A stretch of DNA of 63,904 bases, the filler included, from Octopus bimaculoides (taxonomy: Eukaryota), in assembly GCF_001194135.2 (NCBI RefSeq). It is 4 parts of 4 records of this genome, joined end to end, with 100 filler letters (N's around TTAATTAATTAA, not from the genome) between each part and the next. Parts side by side here need not be neighbours in the genome. Positions count along the whole stretch, not along the records: positions 1 to 16,385 come from NC_068988.1; positions 16,486 to 44,459 come from NC_068987.1; 2 more parts are not named here. One strand, written 5' to 3'. Below are positions 11,400-23,509 of the stretch, in pieces (position 1 is the stretch's first letter; each line of letters begins with the position of its first letter). A program made the position numbers and the translations under genes. Under the pieces are notes generated by a model. The model saw nothing but the letters and a program-made list of their open reading frames with translations, was not told the DNA's origin and did no database searches.

Positions 11400-12355
11400 C
11401 CGATCCATTTTCTATCATCTTTGGTGTGTCCCACTGTTCAGCTTTTGTCCCCTACGCTATCTTCCGTCATACACGTCAATAACCTACTTACCTTCAGTCC
11501 AGCCACTCACGATCGCTTCACTGCCTCCTTACCTTCTTCTCCCAAGTGTCATCCCTTGCACCCAAGATACCTCCCGCCAAATCTACCCTGACGCTTTGAG
11601 ACCTCAAAAATATCCACCGATAGAGTCATGCAAAATTTGTCTCTTTCAACAGAACTAAAGACCATAACCACTACGCACACCAAGAAATCATTATCAAACC
11701 TAACCTTACTAGGTATGAACAAATCTAGAACTCTTAACTGATCAAGAGTCATTGAGAGATCTGTAGTCGTCAACAGATATAGAGCTCTCAAAGAGATATA
11801 GAGCTCCCAAAAGATCGTGAGATCTCAAAGTTACAACATATGTTAAGACTTATCACCAGAGAGGTTCTCTCTTGGCAGCTATACTTTCTTTATACAATAA
11901 CAACTGCACCTCAGAGATTGTCCTTTCTCTTCAGGACCAGAAAATATTTCAGCTCCTAACAAATATTAACCCTGTAAGAAGTTCAGGTGAGACCACAGTG
12001 ATGTACTCTTCTCGTTTCCGGGACGCTGATGCACAATAAACTATCCTAGACCTCAACCAAATAAAGGCCTAATCATTAATTGACACGAAGTTGCTCATAA
12101 ACACACTCCAATATCTGACTCACAGATGTGCTGTCTCTTCTCGTTGTCTCTTCTACTTTTGCTAAACTGGTCATCTCTTCTGTGATCTGGTTGGTCTCTT
12201 GTCACTCAAGCACTCACAATTCACTCGTCTGCCCTCGTCACCCATACTGTATCTGTCCTAAATCCCACACTAACCATTACACCCAATCAACCCTCCCCAG
12301 AACGTCTACACTCTAGAATTCCCTCCCTGTAACTGTTCAAGTGGAACGTTAGCAG
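11400..12355 (+). mobile_element. CR1/L2-type LINE RT and 3-prime end, decayed
   Basis: LSPTL..IHVNNLL; LTLLGM; QRLSFLFRTRKYFS..ILTL..VQVRP; HRCAVSS.CLFY; HTNHYTQSTLPRTSTL*NSLP. Confidence 0.75.
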
Positions 12356-12473
12356 TATCACTGACACCAGTTTCAGAAAGTCTGCCAAGGCGATGGGCAC
12401 GAGGAATCCTTCATCCAGATGAAATTCATGATTGACTCAAATTTGGGTACAAAACCAACAGTTTCAAAGAGAA

Positions 12474-13225
12474 AGGGCTAGTCGATTACATCGACCCAAG
12501 TAATTGACATACTTTATTTTATCAAGTCTGGAGAAATGAAAGGTAATGATGAGCTCTGCAAGATTTGAACTCGGAACGTAAATTGTTGCAACAAATGTCT
12601 CGAGGCATTTTTACCAATGCGCTAACGAGTCTGCCAATCCACCATCTTGATCAAACTAATAATGGTTTTCTAATTCAAATACAAGACTGGCATTTTTCAG
12701 GGGACAGGATTCGTCAATTTTATCGAACCGAGTACTCGATTGGTAATTATTTTATCGATCCTCGAAAGAATGAAAGACAAAGTTCATTTTGGTGGGTTTT
12801 GTCTGACCAAACTAATAATTCTTTATATGGTAAGGAGCAAGTTGATTATTACAAACTCAATACTTGACTAGAACTTCAATTTATCAACCCTGGAAGGAGA
12901 AAAAGCAAAGTATACTTCCGCGACACTAACTCAGAATGTAAAGAGAGAGGACAAAAATACCACGAAGCATCTGATCCAGCGCGATAGCGATTCTGTCGGC
13001 TCGCCGCCTTACTGGTCTAACATAATAATTTCAAACTTTTGACACATGACCAACAATTTCGGGGGTAAGTCAATTATATCGACTGCTCGACTGGTACTTA
13101 TTTTATCGACCCCGAAAGGATGAAAGGTAAATTCGACCTCGGCGGAATTTGAACTCATAACATAAAAGATGGACAGAATGCCACTAAGCATTTTGCCTGG
13201 TGCGTTGAAATTACTGCCAGTTCAT
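12474..13225 (-). mobile_element. cluster of four same-orientation SINE family A copies
   Basis: Copies at about 12474-12645, 12720-12790, 12862-13010 and 13030-13225; the last has CTGGTACTTATTTTATCGACCCCGAAAGGATGAAAGG...CGACCTCGGCGGAATTTGAACTC. Confidence 0.8.
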
Positions 13226-13816
13226 TTCTAAAAAGTGTGTTCAATAAGTCGCTATAGAGAAACAAGCTTTGTATCTTTCAAATTCCGGCAAAGCACTCTG
13301 TACAATTAAGCTCAGCGATCTTTAGCACTAGCCTAACTAAAAAAATAAAATGGTGTTGATTACATTAACACTNNNNNNNNNNNNNNNNNNNNNNNNNNNN
13401 NNNNNNNNNNNNNNNNNNNNNNNNNNNNNNNNNNNNNNNNNNNNNNNNNNNNNNNNNNNNNNNNNNNNNNNNNNNNNNNNNNNNNNNNNNNNNNNNNNNN
13501 NNNNNNNNNNNNNNNNNNNNNNNNNNNNNNNNNNNNNNNNNNNNNNNNNNNNNNNNNNNNNNNNNNNNNNNNNNNNNNNNNNNNNNNNNNNNNNNNNNNN
13601 NNNNNNNNNNNNNNNNNNNNNNNNNNNNNNNNNNNNNNNNNNNNNNNNNNNNNNNNNTATTTGTAACTTTATCTGCTTCAAGATTCCCCGTTCCAAAAAG
13701 AATTATAAATATATTTTTCATATTTTTGAGGGCGTGCGAGTGGGGAAAATATATATTTATTTTTCTATATTTGGTTTACTTCAGTATATTTGTCAAGCGT
13801 GAGATATGAATAGAAG

Positions 13817-13871
<55 letters not shown>

Positions 13872-14164
13872 CGGAGGGGTAACTGTTTGAAGGAAGATAT
13901 ATGACCAATCCAGTCCTTCGTACGAGTTTCCATTCTTCATATTTATTTGGGTTTACTCTCTTTGCATTTTGCTTCTTCTTAAACTTTTATACGTCCTCAA
14001 AGACCACTATGGAAACAAGTATAAAACCATTTAGAAGTAAACCGTAAGTCCATTATACAAGGTTTTTGATAGTCAGGGATCATATATATTTGATAGCACA
14101 GGGTGTAGTGTCACATTCATGACATTTTTCATACAGTTTAACAATCCAACCGGTTTTGATATGA

Positions 14165-14485
14165 ATGAAAGTATGTTGATTATGGTGGTGATGATGATGA
14201 CGACGAGGACGAGGACGAGGACAATGATGATGATGATGATAATGATGGTGACGACGATGATGACGATAATAATAACTGCAGGAGAAATTAGCAAAATGAC
14301 CATGTGCAGTGTATTGTTGTAAACAAAATAATTAGTATAAACAGCGATGAGTTTAAGGCTTACACAGGAAATTGGTTTCTTTGAGCTACTTTTCAAAGAT
14401 TTCTTCACTTGTGTGAACAAAGAAATTGTTGTTGTTTTTGCTGCTGTTTTTGTTGTCATTGTTGTTGTTTTTGTTGTCGTTGTTT
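14165..14485. repeat. cryptic trinucleotide low-complexity tracts (GAT/GAC/GTT)
   Basis: Mixed ATG/ACG/GAG/GTT triplet runs. Confidence 0.85.
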
Positions 14486-14664
14486 ATCTTTATATGATGT
14501 ATTTGTTTAAAAGTTTGCTTAAAACTGTTTAATTTTCTACATTGGCGTAGTTGGGAGATTACAGAATATCTTAAGACATATAAATTGCTTTCATCCTTCT
14601 TAAAGATCAGTTTACAGAAACACATCAAATTATAATTTCTCCTGAATACACACAGACGCGTACA

Positions 14665-14719
<55 letters not shown>
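14665..14719. repeat. (GCAC)n tetranucleotide repeat
   Basis: Perfect GCAC run ending at an N-gap. Confidence 0.95.
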
Positions 14720-14785
14720 NNNNNNNNNNNNNNNNNNNNNNNNNNNNNNNNNNNNNNNNNNNNNNNNNNNNNNNNNNNNNNNNNN

Positions 14786-14821
<36 letters not shown>

Positions 14822-14949
14822 TTTAATGCTTGCTTTAAAATCAAGTTATTTGAAAACAATTTAACATTAAACTGAAGGAATGCTTCATACCATTTGTAAA
14901 CTTCGAAGTCACTCTCAACCTTTGCCTTTGTAAAAGTTTAATATATGTA

Positions 14950-15272
14950 TAGGTGTAGACGTGGCTGTATGAGAAGATGGAAGCCTGTGGCGAGGAAGCT
15001 GGGAGTGTTTGGCACCAGGTAAGTGGGAGCCAAAAACAAGGGAAAGAAAAAGCAAGGGGTCTACCCTGGTGGTCGGATGCCTATCCTTCAGGAAAGCCAT
15101 TACAAATTGCATCTGTAATGAGCAATACTTCAATCGAACATTGTAAATAATTTTTATTGTGTATTTAAATTTGTAAATATTTAATCGATACAGCTTCTTC
15201 ACCCCTTTTATGTTTGTCTGTCCTTGTTCGTCTCCTCTTTGTAATGCCTTTATGGCAAATATTTATGAAATA
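14950..15272 (+). mobile_element. probable Tx1/L1-group LINE 3-prime end
   Basis: MRRWKPVARKLGVFGTR* resembles Tx1-type ORF2 termini; followed by GGTGGTCGG...GGAAAGCC, a T-rich UTR and ATGGCAAAT...AATAAA. Confidence 0.45.
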
Positions 15273-15411
15273 AAGAAGCTTGCTTCCCAACCAGATGGTC
15301 CCAGGTTCAGGCCCACTATATGACACCTTGGGCATACTTCTACTAGAGCTTCGGGCTGACCAAAGCCTTGTGAGCAAATTTGATTGACAGAAACTGAAAG
15401 AAGCCCGTCGA

Positions 15412-15460
<49 letters not shown>

Positions 15461-15560
15461 TTGGGGTTTGTGTCTGTCTCCCCAACACCACTTGACAACC
15501 GGTGTTGGTATGTTATGTCTCCGTAATTTAGCGGTTCGGCAAAAGAGGATGATAGAATAT
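15273..15560 (+). mobile_element. SINE family B (5-prime truncated)
   Basis: AAGCTTGCTTCCCAACC...CACCTTGGGCA...CCAAAGCCTTGTGAG...AAACTGAAAGAAGCCCGTCG, (TG)n, TTAGCGGTTCGGCAAAAGAG. Confidence 0.85.
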
Positions 15561-15632
15561 GATGATAGTCCCCTCCCACCAAATTTGAGGCCTTGTGCCT
15601 ATAGTACAGTGGATTATTATTATTGTTATTGA

Positions 15633-15840
15633 AGCGGCGAGCTGGCAGAATCGTTAGCACGCCGGGTGAAATGCTTAGCAGTATTTCGTCTGTCGCTACA
15701 TTCTGAGTTCAAATTCCGCTGAGGTCGACTTTGCCTTTCATCTTTTCCGGATCGATAAAATAAGTACCAGTTGAGCACTGGGCCGATGTATTCGACTTCC
15801 CCATTGCCCTCAAAATCGCTGGCCTTGTGCAAAAAATGAA
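15633..15840 (+). mobile_element. SINE family A, near full length
   Basis: GCGGCGAGCTGGCAGAATCGTTAGCACGCCGGG (A-box region), GAGTTCAAATTCC (B-box), GAGGTCGACTTTGCCTTTCATC, GCTGGCCTTGTGC tail. Confidence 0.92.
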
Positions 15841-15884
15841 AATTACTATTGACAGCCGTAGGGAGAGAGAGAGACCTTCTCTAG

Positions 15885-16030
15885 CAATCAACTGGTATTT
15901 ATTTTCATTCAGCTGAGTAGGCTGGAGCATCGTGGCTTGAAGTGCCTTGCTCAAGGAAAGCGTCACTCGTACCACGAATCAAACCAACAACATTACGAAC
16001 GTGATACCCACACTCTAAACTCTACACCAG
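15885..16030 (-). mobile_element. decayed tRNA-like SINE, another family
   Basis: AGCTGAGTAGGCTGGAGCATCGTGG...AAGTGCCTTGCTCAAGG...GAATCAAACC; the minus strand reads as a B-box plus CCTTGAGCAAGGCACTT. Confidence 0.55.
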
Positions 16031-16049
16031 CGCCTTGAATATATATATA

Positions 16050-16084
<35 letters not shown>

Positions 16085-16385
16085 ACACACACACACACAA
16101 TCGCACACACAATCGTACACATGCACACATACGCAATAGCACATATAAATGGTAGTTGGTTTCATTTCTCAAGACACGCTTTACACTAAATAGAATGAGG
16201 GGGAGAGAGAAAGAGGGAGGGGAGAGAGAAAGGGAGAAGGGAGAAAGAGAGAGGGGAGAGAGAAATAGAGAGAAGGGAAGAGGGGAGAGAGAAAGAGATA
16301 TATAGATACGGAGAAGCTAACATAATAGATGTAGGATGAGTGCAGATACTAGACCTGGTGGCAGACAACGAGTAAAGGAAGGTCT

Positions 16386-16485
16386 NNNNNNNNNNNNNNN
16401 NNNNNNNNNNNNNNNNNNNNNNNNNNNNNTTAATTAATTAANNNNNNNNNNNNNNNNNNNNNNNNNNNNNNNNNNNNNNNNNNNN
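16386..16485. other. artificial scaffold gap with six-frame-stop linker
   Basis: 44 N + TTAATTAATTAA (16430-16441) + 44 N = 100 bp. Confidence 0.95.
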
Positions 16486-16534
<49 letters not shown>

Positions 16535-18049
16535 ATACGGTCGGTGGAAAGTGGAAGTGCGTGAAGATGGTAGGACAGCTGCGGTGCGGTTGATTGCTCG
16601 GGTTCGGTGGAGTGCCGGGTCTACAACTGATAGAGGATAGCCATGATTCAGAAAAAAAAATCGCATTGTTTTGCAATGGGATTCGAAATCCGAATCAAAG
16701 CTGAAAAGTCGTCGAAGGCGAAGAAGTTGAAAGAAAAGTATTGCAGATTTAATACGTTGGGGTTAGAGAAAGACTAGTGAAGGTAGGAGTGGGAGTCAGT
16801 AAGTTTATAGTAGACAGAGGTGGAGAGGTGGGTATTGTGTATTGAGATGGAGATATCCAGAAAACAAACAAAAGTATCAGATATGGTCTGGGTCAATTAC
16901 AGGGCTGAGTGAAAGGCGGTAATGACAAAAATAAAATAATTGAGTTGTTGTCTGTTCAGTCTTGTGGTGCCAATACAGTCGTCGATGTAACGACCATACA
17001 GCTCTGGGACGGGTCCAGAGAACTGAGTAAAGATTTCGTCCAGTTATGATGGGGGAAGGTTTGAAATACTCGGTTTTTCCAACGAAATTGAAGGCACCGA
17101 GGTCGAAACGGCATTTTTTAAATAAATATATCTACCGAACGGTGTAATCGTATATTTAGTGTCCAGTTGGAGAAACGTTTTTTGAATGAAGTAAAGTCGT
17201 CCTCAATCGGAGGAACTCAGCTTCTATTATAGCAAAATGCACTCAGCTGTATCCGACGGCGAAACATTTCTGTATCGGCGCTTGCGTCAAATTCACTGGG
17301 TGTATTTTGGAGAGGAATGGCATTAAGACCTCTGCTAAGTAAAGCTCGTTCGGCGTGAGTGAGAGGTAAATTGCTCTGGATGGTATAGACCGTGCCACTT
17401 CTCCTGAGTGAGGCAGGAGAAGTGGCACGGCGGGGGATGAGTGAGTGAATTTTGCGTGTCTTTTGTGCAACAAGGAAGTAGTAAAGTTTGCTACTGAGGC
17501 GGCGTGGATAAAGGTCCGTGTCCTGAAGTTGTGTGGTCGATCAAAGAGCGATACGAAGAGAGCTATAGTGGGTGATTTCCGGGGTGACGTATTCGCGCTG
17601 GGCGCATAGGGTGTGGGTGGGTGGTGTCTCTCATATGTTGTTTGTAAGTACAGGCAAGAATGTTGGTGACGTTCACAGGATATTAAGTAGAGTTTTGCTG
17701 TCTGAAGGAAGGATGAAGAATCAGTTGGAGGTACCGTGGTATGACTTTAAGGTGCAGACAGCATGCAATAAAGTTAAAATGGCTGCAATAGCGAGGTTTC
17801 TTGAAAATAAAATTAGAATATCGAAAAGCAATATAGTAGCAGTCAGAGGGAAAAAGAAAGAAGAAAAGTCTTAAAATGCTTTGCAACTGTGTATAGGCAT
17901 AGTGAGAATGGCAGTCCCCATAATTTAGTGTTTGGGTACAATCAGGCAAACTACAAGGAACCTTGACCTTGTGTAGCTCTGCGTGGACAAGACTTTTAAA
18001 ACTATAGAAAAAAGTGAAAGTATTACAGTGAACATACCGTGAGGAGTGG

Positions 18050-18090
18050 AATATCCAACGTTTCCGATGTAATCCTTCATCAGTGGGTAT
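18050..18090 (-). ncRNA. degenerate type I hammerhead-like motif in the PLE pLTR
   Basis: ATACCCA-CTGATGA-A-GGATTACATCG-GAA-ACGT-TGGATAT; core intact, stem II has a mismatch and one junction base appears to be missing. Confidence 0.55.
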
Positions 18091-19244
18091 CGTTGTTTTA
18101 AAATGCGTTCTTGAAAATATCAAATATAACGAAAATAAATATATGCGAACTTAAATGTCTATTTTCCAGAAGAATTTAATATTTGTAATATTGTCGTCCA
18201 TCTAAAATTTCTGAGACGCAATAGTATAATAAATTATATTCTCATGTATTTTAAGTTTTGTATGTAATAGGAAGTATTAAATTTGAAACACACATACGCA
18301 CACATAATGAGAATGCTTTTACGAAGGCATTTTCATATATCTGGAATTCATGAAGTGCTTATTTGCATATAAAATTAAATCCATTCAGTTATAATTTTCT
18401 GTTAAACATTGTTCTTCTTTTATCTCTTTTACTCCATTCTTTTCCTATTGTCAGAAAATGTTTAAAATCGTTCAAATTTCAAATATAACGTTTTTGCTTG
18501 AATATCAAAATCGTTTTGACCTTTAAAACTTCGAGGTGATAGCTTTCATAAAATGTGTACTTATGCTTTACTCGCTCTATCTGGGTTTGTTATTTCGTGA
18601 ATGATAACTACATATTTTATAACCAGCTTGAACTATTACGGGTCCGCTCCATATGTCTGTGTAGTTGGGAAATATCGTCAGGAACCATGTTTTCCCTAGT
18701 TCGATCCCATTTCACGTGCGCCAGGTAAATGCCTCGTAGTATACATTCAGACCGATATTATATATATTATTCTTTCAATAAAGTTTGTAATATGGAAACT
18801 GCGCCGAAATTCGCCAAGTACGTAGCGTCTGAGTAATTTGCTTTGGTGACTAACGTAAGAGTATAAGCGAAACGCTACGCATTTCCATATCTCTCACTTT
18901 AAACGCTATAATATCATATTAGCAAATTAATATAGAACAGTATTATACTTTCTACACCTTTCATGTACTATTGGTCTATACATATTAATCCAATTCTAAG
19001 AATGTTTCGGAGATATCAATACAATTTAAAGTAAACTAATTAAATGATTACAGTTTCGAAATTGAATTTCAACGGCAAATAGTCATACTTATTTAACTTT
19101 TGGCTGCTAATTAATACATTTGTCATAATATTTCGGTCGGGAAAATTCGTCTCACTATATATTAATGCGTATTAATTATTATTTTACCCATAAATAAGAT
19201 CGGTCGAAAGAATGAAATTATTATAAATATACCATAACAATTTC

Positions 19245-19398
19245 AGGCAGTAAGCTGGCAGAATCATTATCACAAATTGCTTAGCGGCATTTTGCCCGTC
19301 TTTATGTCCTGAGTTCATATTTCACCGAGGTCGAATTTGCCTTTCGGGATCCATACAATAAGTGTCATTAGCACTGGGATCGATGTGTTCCACTAACC
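19245..19398 (+). mobile_element. SINE family A, decayed
   Basis: AAGCTGGCAGAATC...GCTTAGCGGCATTTTG...CTGAGTTCATATTTCACCGAGGTCGAATTTGCC. Confidence 0.8.
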
Positions 19399-19902
19399 AC
19401 TGATTATCTCAGAGAGAAATTCCGATTTGTACATAGGTGCGCCCTCAAAAAACTTCAAATTGAGACTGGCAAACAATTTAAGTTTGTTTAAGGATAAAAT
19501 TAAGATGCACAACACTAGCTTGAACACGTTCGTTTGGCCTCCTAAGGATAAAATGGATAGCGTTTGTATAGAATGGAAACAATTAGCACAGGTGCACCAT
19601 ATATAACAGGAAGAAGAAGATGTATTTATATATGGAGAAAATTTACCAGACTTTCACATCAAATCACCAGTTGCTTAACAGTAGAAATGAACGGACCTTG
19701 ATGTGTCCGTACCTGCATGGAAACATATTTAAACACTTCCATGCAGGTGTTAGATATGCCAGTATCCACTACACAAATGGGAGTTGCCTGAATTTACATG
19801 TTAAGTGTCAGTATAATATCTGGTTTAAGTTTCAATTAAATGCCGATACTCTCACCATCGTAAAATGGCTTCTTGGCAAATCATAGCAACGCATATAGTA
19901 TG

Positions 19903-20022
19903 CAATATGTTCCATATAATATAAAATAAAGTATACAGTATGTTCCATATAATATAAAATAAAGTATACAGTATATTCCATATAATATAAAATATAGTAT
20001 ACAGTATGTTCCATATAATATA
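19903..20022. repeat. 33-bp minisatellite, about 3.6 copies
   Basis: Unit CAGTATGTTCCATATAATATAAAATAAAGTATA starting at 19903, 19936, 19969 and 20002. Confidence 0.9.
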
Positions 20023-20698
20023 CAATTGAATTGTACGTACCTTTCATATGGACATCTTAAGTACGCACCGTATATTACAGATATATAATCTAATCATTCA
20101 GAATTCCATCAATTGATTCAAATAAATTTAGCTTGCTTCCATTTAATCACTTCTAATACGTAGATGAATTTGCATCAAAACACAAAGATACATATTTTCA
20201 CCGAATTTAGTGTATAGAATTCTCAGCTTCGTTCTAGAACTAAGGTTACCAGATGTGAGATATAAAATAAATTTTATAGACACAACGATTTTCAACATTA
20301 TGCCTTCATTTTCTTTTGCATCTGAAATCAGAATGAAATTTTAAAGAATGAGCTGACCACATGTAAATAAAATCACTTCGGTTCGAACGATAGTTTTGGA
20401 AAGACATTGAATGAAGGTGCATAGTAGAATGTTGCGGGTTGCATATGCAAATGCACATTCTCTATGCAGCTGAAACACATAGAGATAGTTTAGTGGGCGA
20501 AATTTCAAGTCACTGACAAAAACATTCTAGTTTAAGAACAATAAATTTTGTGTTTATACATAATTTTTCTTATTAACACACATTTGTTTTTCGTTTAATT
20601 ATAGAGGATTTTATTAAATTATCACAAATGTCTAATTTATCTGTCGCGCACACAGAAAAACAGACATACACACATACTCAAACACACACACGCATATA

Positions 20699-20706
<8 letters not shown>

Positions 20707-20767
<61 letters not shown>
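20707..20767. repeat. (TA)n microsatellite
   Basis: About 30 perfect TA units. Confidence 0.95.
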
Positions 20768-20770
<3 letters not shown>

Positions 20771-20869
20771 TATATGCATTCGCATAAGGTAATTTAATGG
20801 AATCATTCATAATCAAGCGGGAAATGTATGTATTTTAATTTTAAAAAAATTGGATCATATTTCATCGAT

Positions 20870-21800
20870 AATCATTATTCTATGAATCCGCTTTTAGCTT
20901 CGATGACTGTTGTAAGAATTCTAATTAGTTTTCCTTTCAGTAAAGCTCAACACTTAATCCGTGGTATTAAATCGAAGGAGTTTGGATGCCTCATATTTGC
21001 AGTTATATGATGGATAAGATTAACAGAGATCCATTCTACTGTTGCAGTGTCATTCTGAGAAGCTGCTGAGTTTTGGTGAAATACATATAGCCTTCAGTGA
21101 GTACTCCATCCATCTAGGGATTAACAATTGTCTGTGGCATCTATATATATACAAAGACATTAATTCTAAAACTTTGAAGAAAGATATGATAGAACATGAC
21201 CTTCCTTACTCCCTACCACTAAAACTGTGGGATCATCAGAACGATCTGCATATAGCCATCTGTAATATCTTTCTTATCTTTTGTGTTGGTAGAAAATTTC
21301 CTGTCTGATCTTTCATGTTGATCGAAACTTTCGTCATCAGATATGAATTAAAGCATTGCGTGTTCGTGCGGTTTTTTAACTTTGTTAAGTAACCGCTTGA
21401 CACGGCTCAAACGGTTTCCTTGTGTCTTTTACGGCAAGGAGAGGACTCTCCTTAGGACATTTGACTTGTACCAAATGTCCTCATGCACCACAGTTCTCAT
21501 AGTCTATTCCGACACCTGCAATTCTTTGGTGATTGACATTCCTAGGAATCATAAATGAACCTGTGTGATGAATTGCGGTTTCATTATAGCTTACGGACGT
21601 TTAGCATGTTTTTCCTTTTTAAGACAATTCAAACACTCCTACTTGAGGCCTTCAGTTCCATTCGAACGTCGCGTACAGAAGAGTTTGCAAAGTTTAGTAA
21701 CTTAATAACTTATAACTCATTGAAACCTGCACATATCGCAATAATGACTGCACTTCTTGTAATCGTGCTAGTACTTTCTCTGGGGGATCCGAAAGAAATA
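20870..21800 (-). mobile_element. Tc1/mariner-superfamily transposon relic (maT/DD37D-like)
   Basis: MRTVVHEDIWYKS...NRLSRVKRLLNKVKKP; SDDESFDQ; EGHV; YVFHQNSAAS; HPNSFDLIP (WPPNSPDLNP-like); VIEAKSGFIE*; many frameshifts. Confidence 0.8.
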
Positions 21801-22339
21801 AACTTTTTTCAGTTGGTTTCAAATACGCAACACACTGATAACTATAAATGCGTGTGTTCATGTGTGTATGTGTGCGTGTGTGTGTATGTGTATTCATATG
21901 TCTGTGCGTGCTCGTGCCTGCGTGTGTACTCATGAACAATTATTACCTAATATTTGTGAGTATCTCTGCGTGTATTTCTTTTATTGCTAATTGTTTGTTA
22001 CCAAAGACGGCCTTCCGTTTCCTTCGAAACATCTGGGCCCGTCTAACAATACATCTCCTTTGTCCTTGAATACAACTATTTAAAAACGAAATTGTGCTAG
22101 CACTGGATGTGTGTAATGTGATGTCATATGAACAGTGAAGGAAACAGAATAGTAAAAGTGTGTAATAAAAACTAGGGTGGATAGATCAATAGGTAGAAAG
22201 AATAAGACTAAAGTGGAATGAGATGTGATGATAGTATTGAGATGACAGTACTGAAAGTGAATGACAATAGGTGTGTTGGAATGGGAGTGGTGACGGTAGT
22301 GTTAATAATGATGATAGGGCTATTGCTGACGTTGAGAGT

Positions 22340-22400
22340 GTTGTTGTTGTTGTTGGTGGTGGTTGTGATGAAGCTGATGATGATGATGATGTTGATTTTG
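22340..22400. repeat. mixed (GTT)/(GGT)/(GAT) trinucleotide tract
   Basis: Direct inspection. Confidence 0.85.
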
Positions 22401-23466
22401 ACCACGGCGCTGATTGTCTGTTTGAAAAATGATGGGTGAGTAGATGGTGAATATCATACTCATTGTGTTAATAACAGTGATAATAAAGAATTTTATAATA
22501 GTCATGCTAACCGTAGTGATGATGCTGGTGTTTAAGATCATGTCCTCGATAAAAAACGTGCAGAGAAAAACGTATTTTGGAATATGTGTAAGATGTTGTG
22601 AACTTGTTTATTGATAACAGCACAGATAGCGATATGAACGTATGCCCAACACATCTCTTACCAATAATATTATATATTGTTTAGTATACCTGCTTCCTAA
22701 CAACGAAATATTTTATCCATTATTTTAAACTGGATTTCCTAACACTATTTTATATTATCATTACTAACCCTATCACAATTAGTAGCGTTAATATAACACT
22801 TTGGTCTGCCACTTTAAGAAACGCCAATTATTTAGTGTCTGATGTATTCATGATCAAAAGGATATGGAATAAGTTGGAACCACTAAATAATTCATACTGA
22901 CACACAATATCATTTACTTGTGGTCTTTATTCATAGTGATATTTTCACGATAGATAAATATATAGATATATATCGATATAAATATATAGAGATATGGATA
23001 TATATATATATATATATATANNNNNNNNNNNNNNNNNNNNNNNNNNNNNNNNNNNNNNNNNNNNNNNNNNNNNNNNNNNNNNNNNNNNNNNNNNNNNNNN
23101 NNNNNNNNNNNNNNNNNNNNNNNNNNNNNNNNNNNNNNNNNNNNNNNNNNNNNNNNNNNNNNNNNNNNNNNNNNNNNNNNNNNNNNNNNNNNNNNNNNNN
23201 NNNNNNNNNNNNNNNNNNNNNNNNNNNNNNNNNNNNNNNNNNNNNNNNNNNNNNNNNNNNNNNNNNNNNNNNNNNNNNNNNNNNNNNNNNNNNNNNNNNN
23301 NNNNNNNNNNNNNNNNNNNNNNNNNNNNNNNNNNNNNNNNNNNNNNNNNNNNNNNNNNNNNNNNNNNNNNNNNNNNNNNNNNNNNNNNNNNNNNNNNNNN
23401 NNNNNNNNNNNNNNNNNNNNNNNNNNNNNNNNNNNNNNNNNNNNNNNNNNNNNNNNNNNNNNNNNN

Positions 23467-23497
<31 letters not shown>

Positions 23498-23509
23498 GAT
23501 ATATGCACC

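Larger units (their letters stand above)
16170..18120 (-). mobile_element. Penelope-like element, internally deleted
   Basis: N-terminal SHFNFIACCLHLKVIP; AERALLSRGLNAIP...FRRRIQL; jump to EIFTQFSGPVPELYGRYIDD (RYIDD at 16978-16992); FLDISISI...VYYKLTDSHSYL; FFLNHGYP; pLTR-like block with an HHR-like motif at about 18050-18090. Confidence 0.85.

Noticed and set aside
14959-15018. 60-nt exon candidate TWLYEKMEACGEEAGSVWHQ with a perfect CAG|GTAAGT donor
   Set aside because: There is no polypyrimidine tract, and another frame plus the downstream UTR fit a Tx1/L1-type LINE 3-prime end better.
19903-20022. 33-bp array (and the 23-bp array at 59447) as a CRISPR
   Set aside because: The units are contiguous with no unique spacers, the context is eukaryotic and there are no cas genes.
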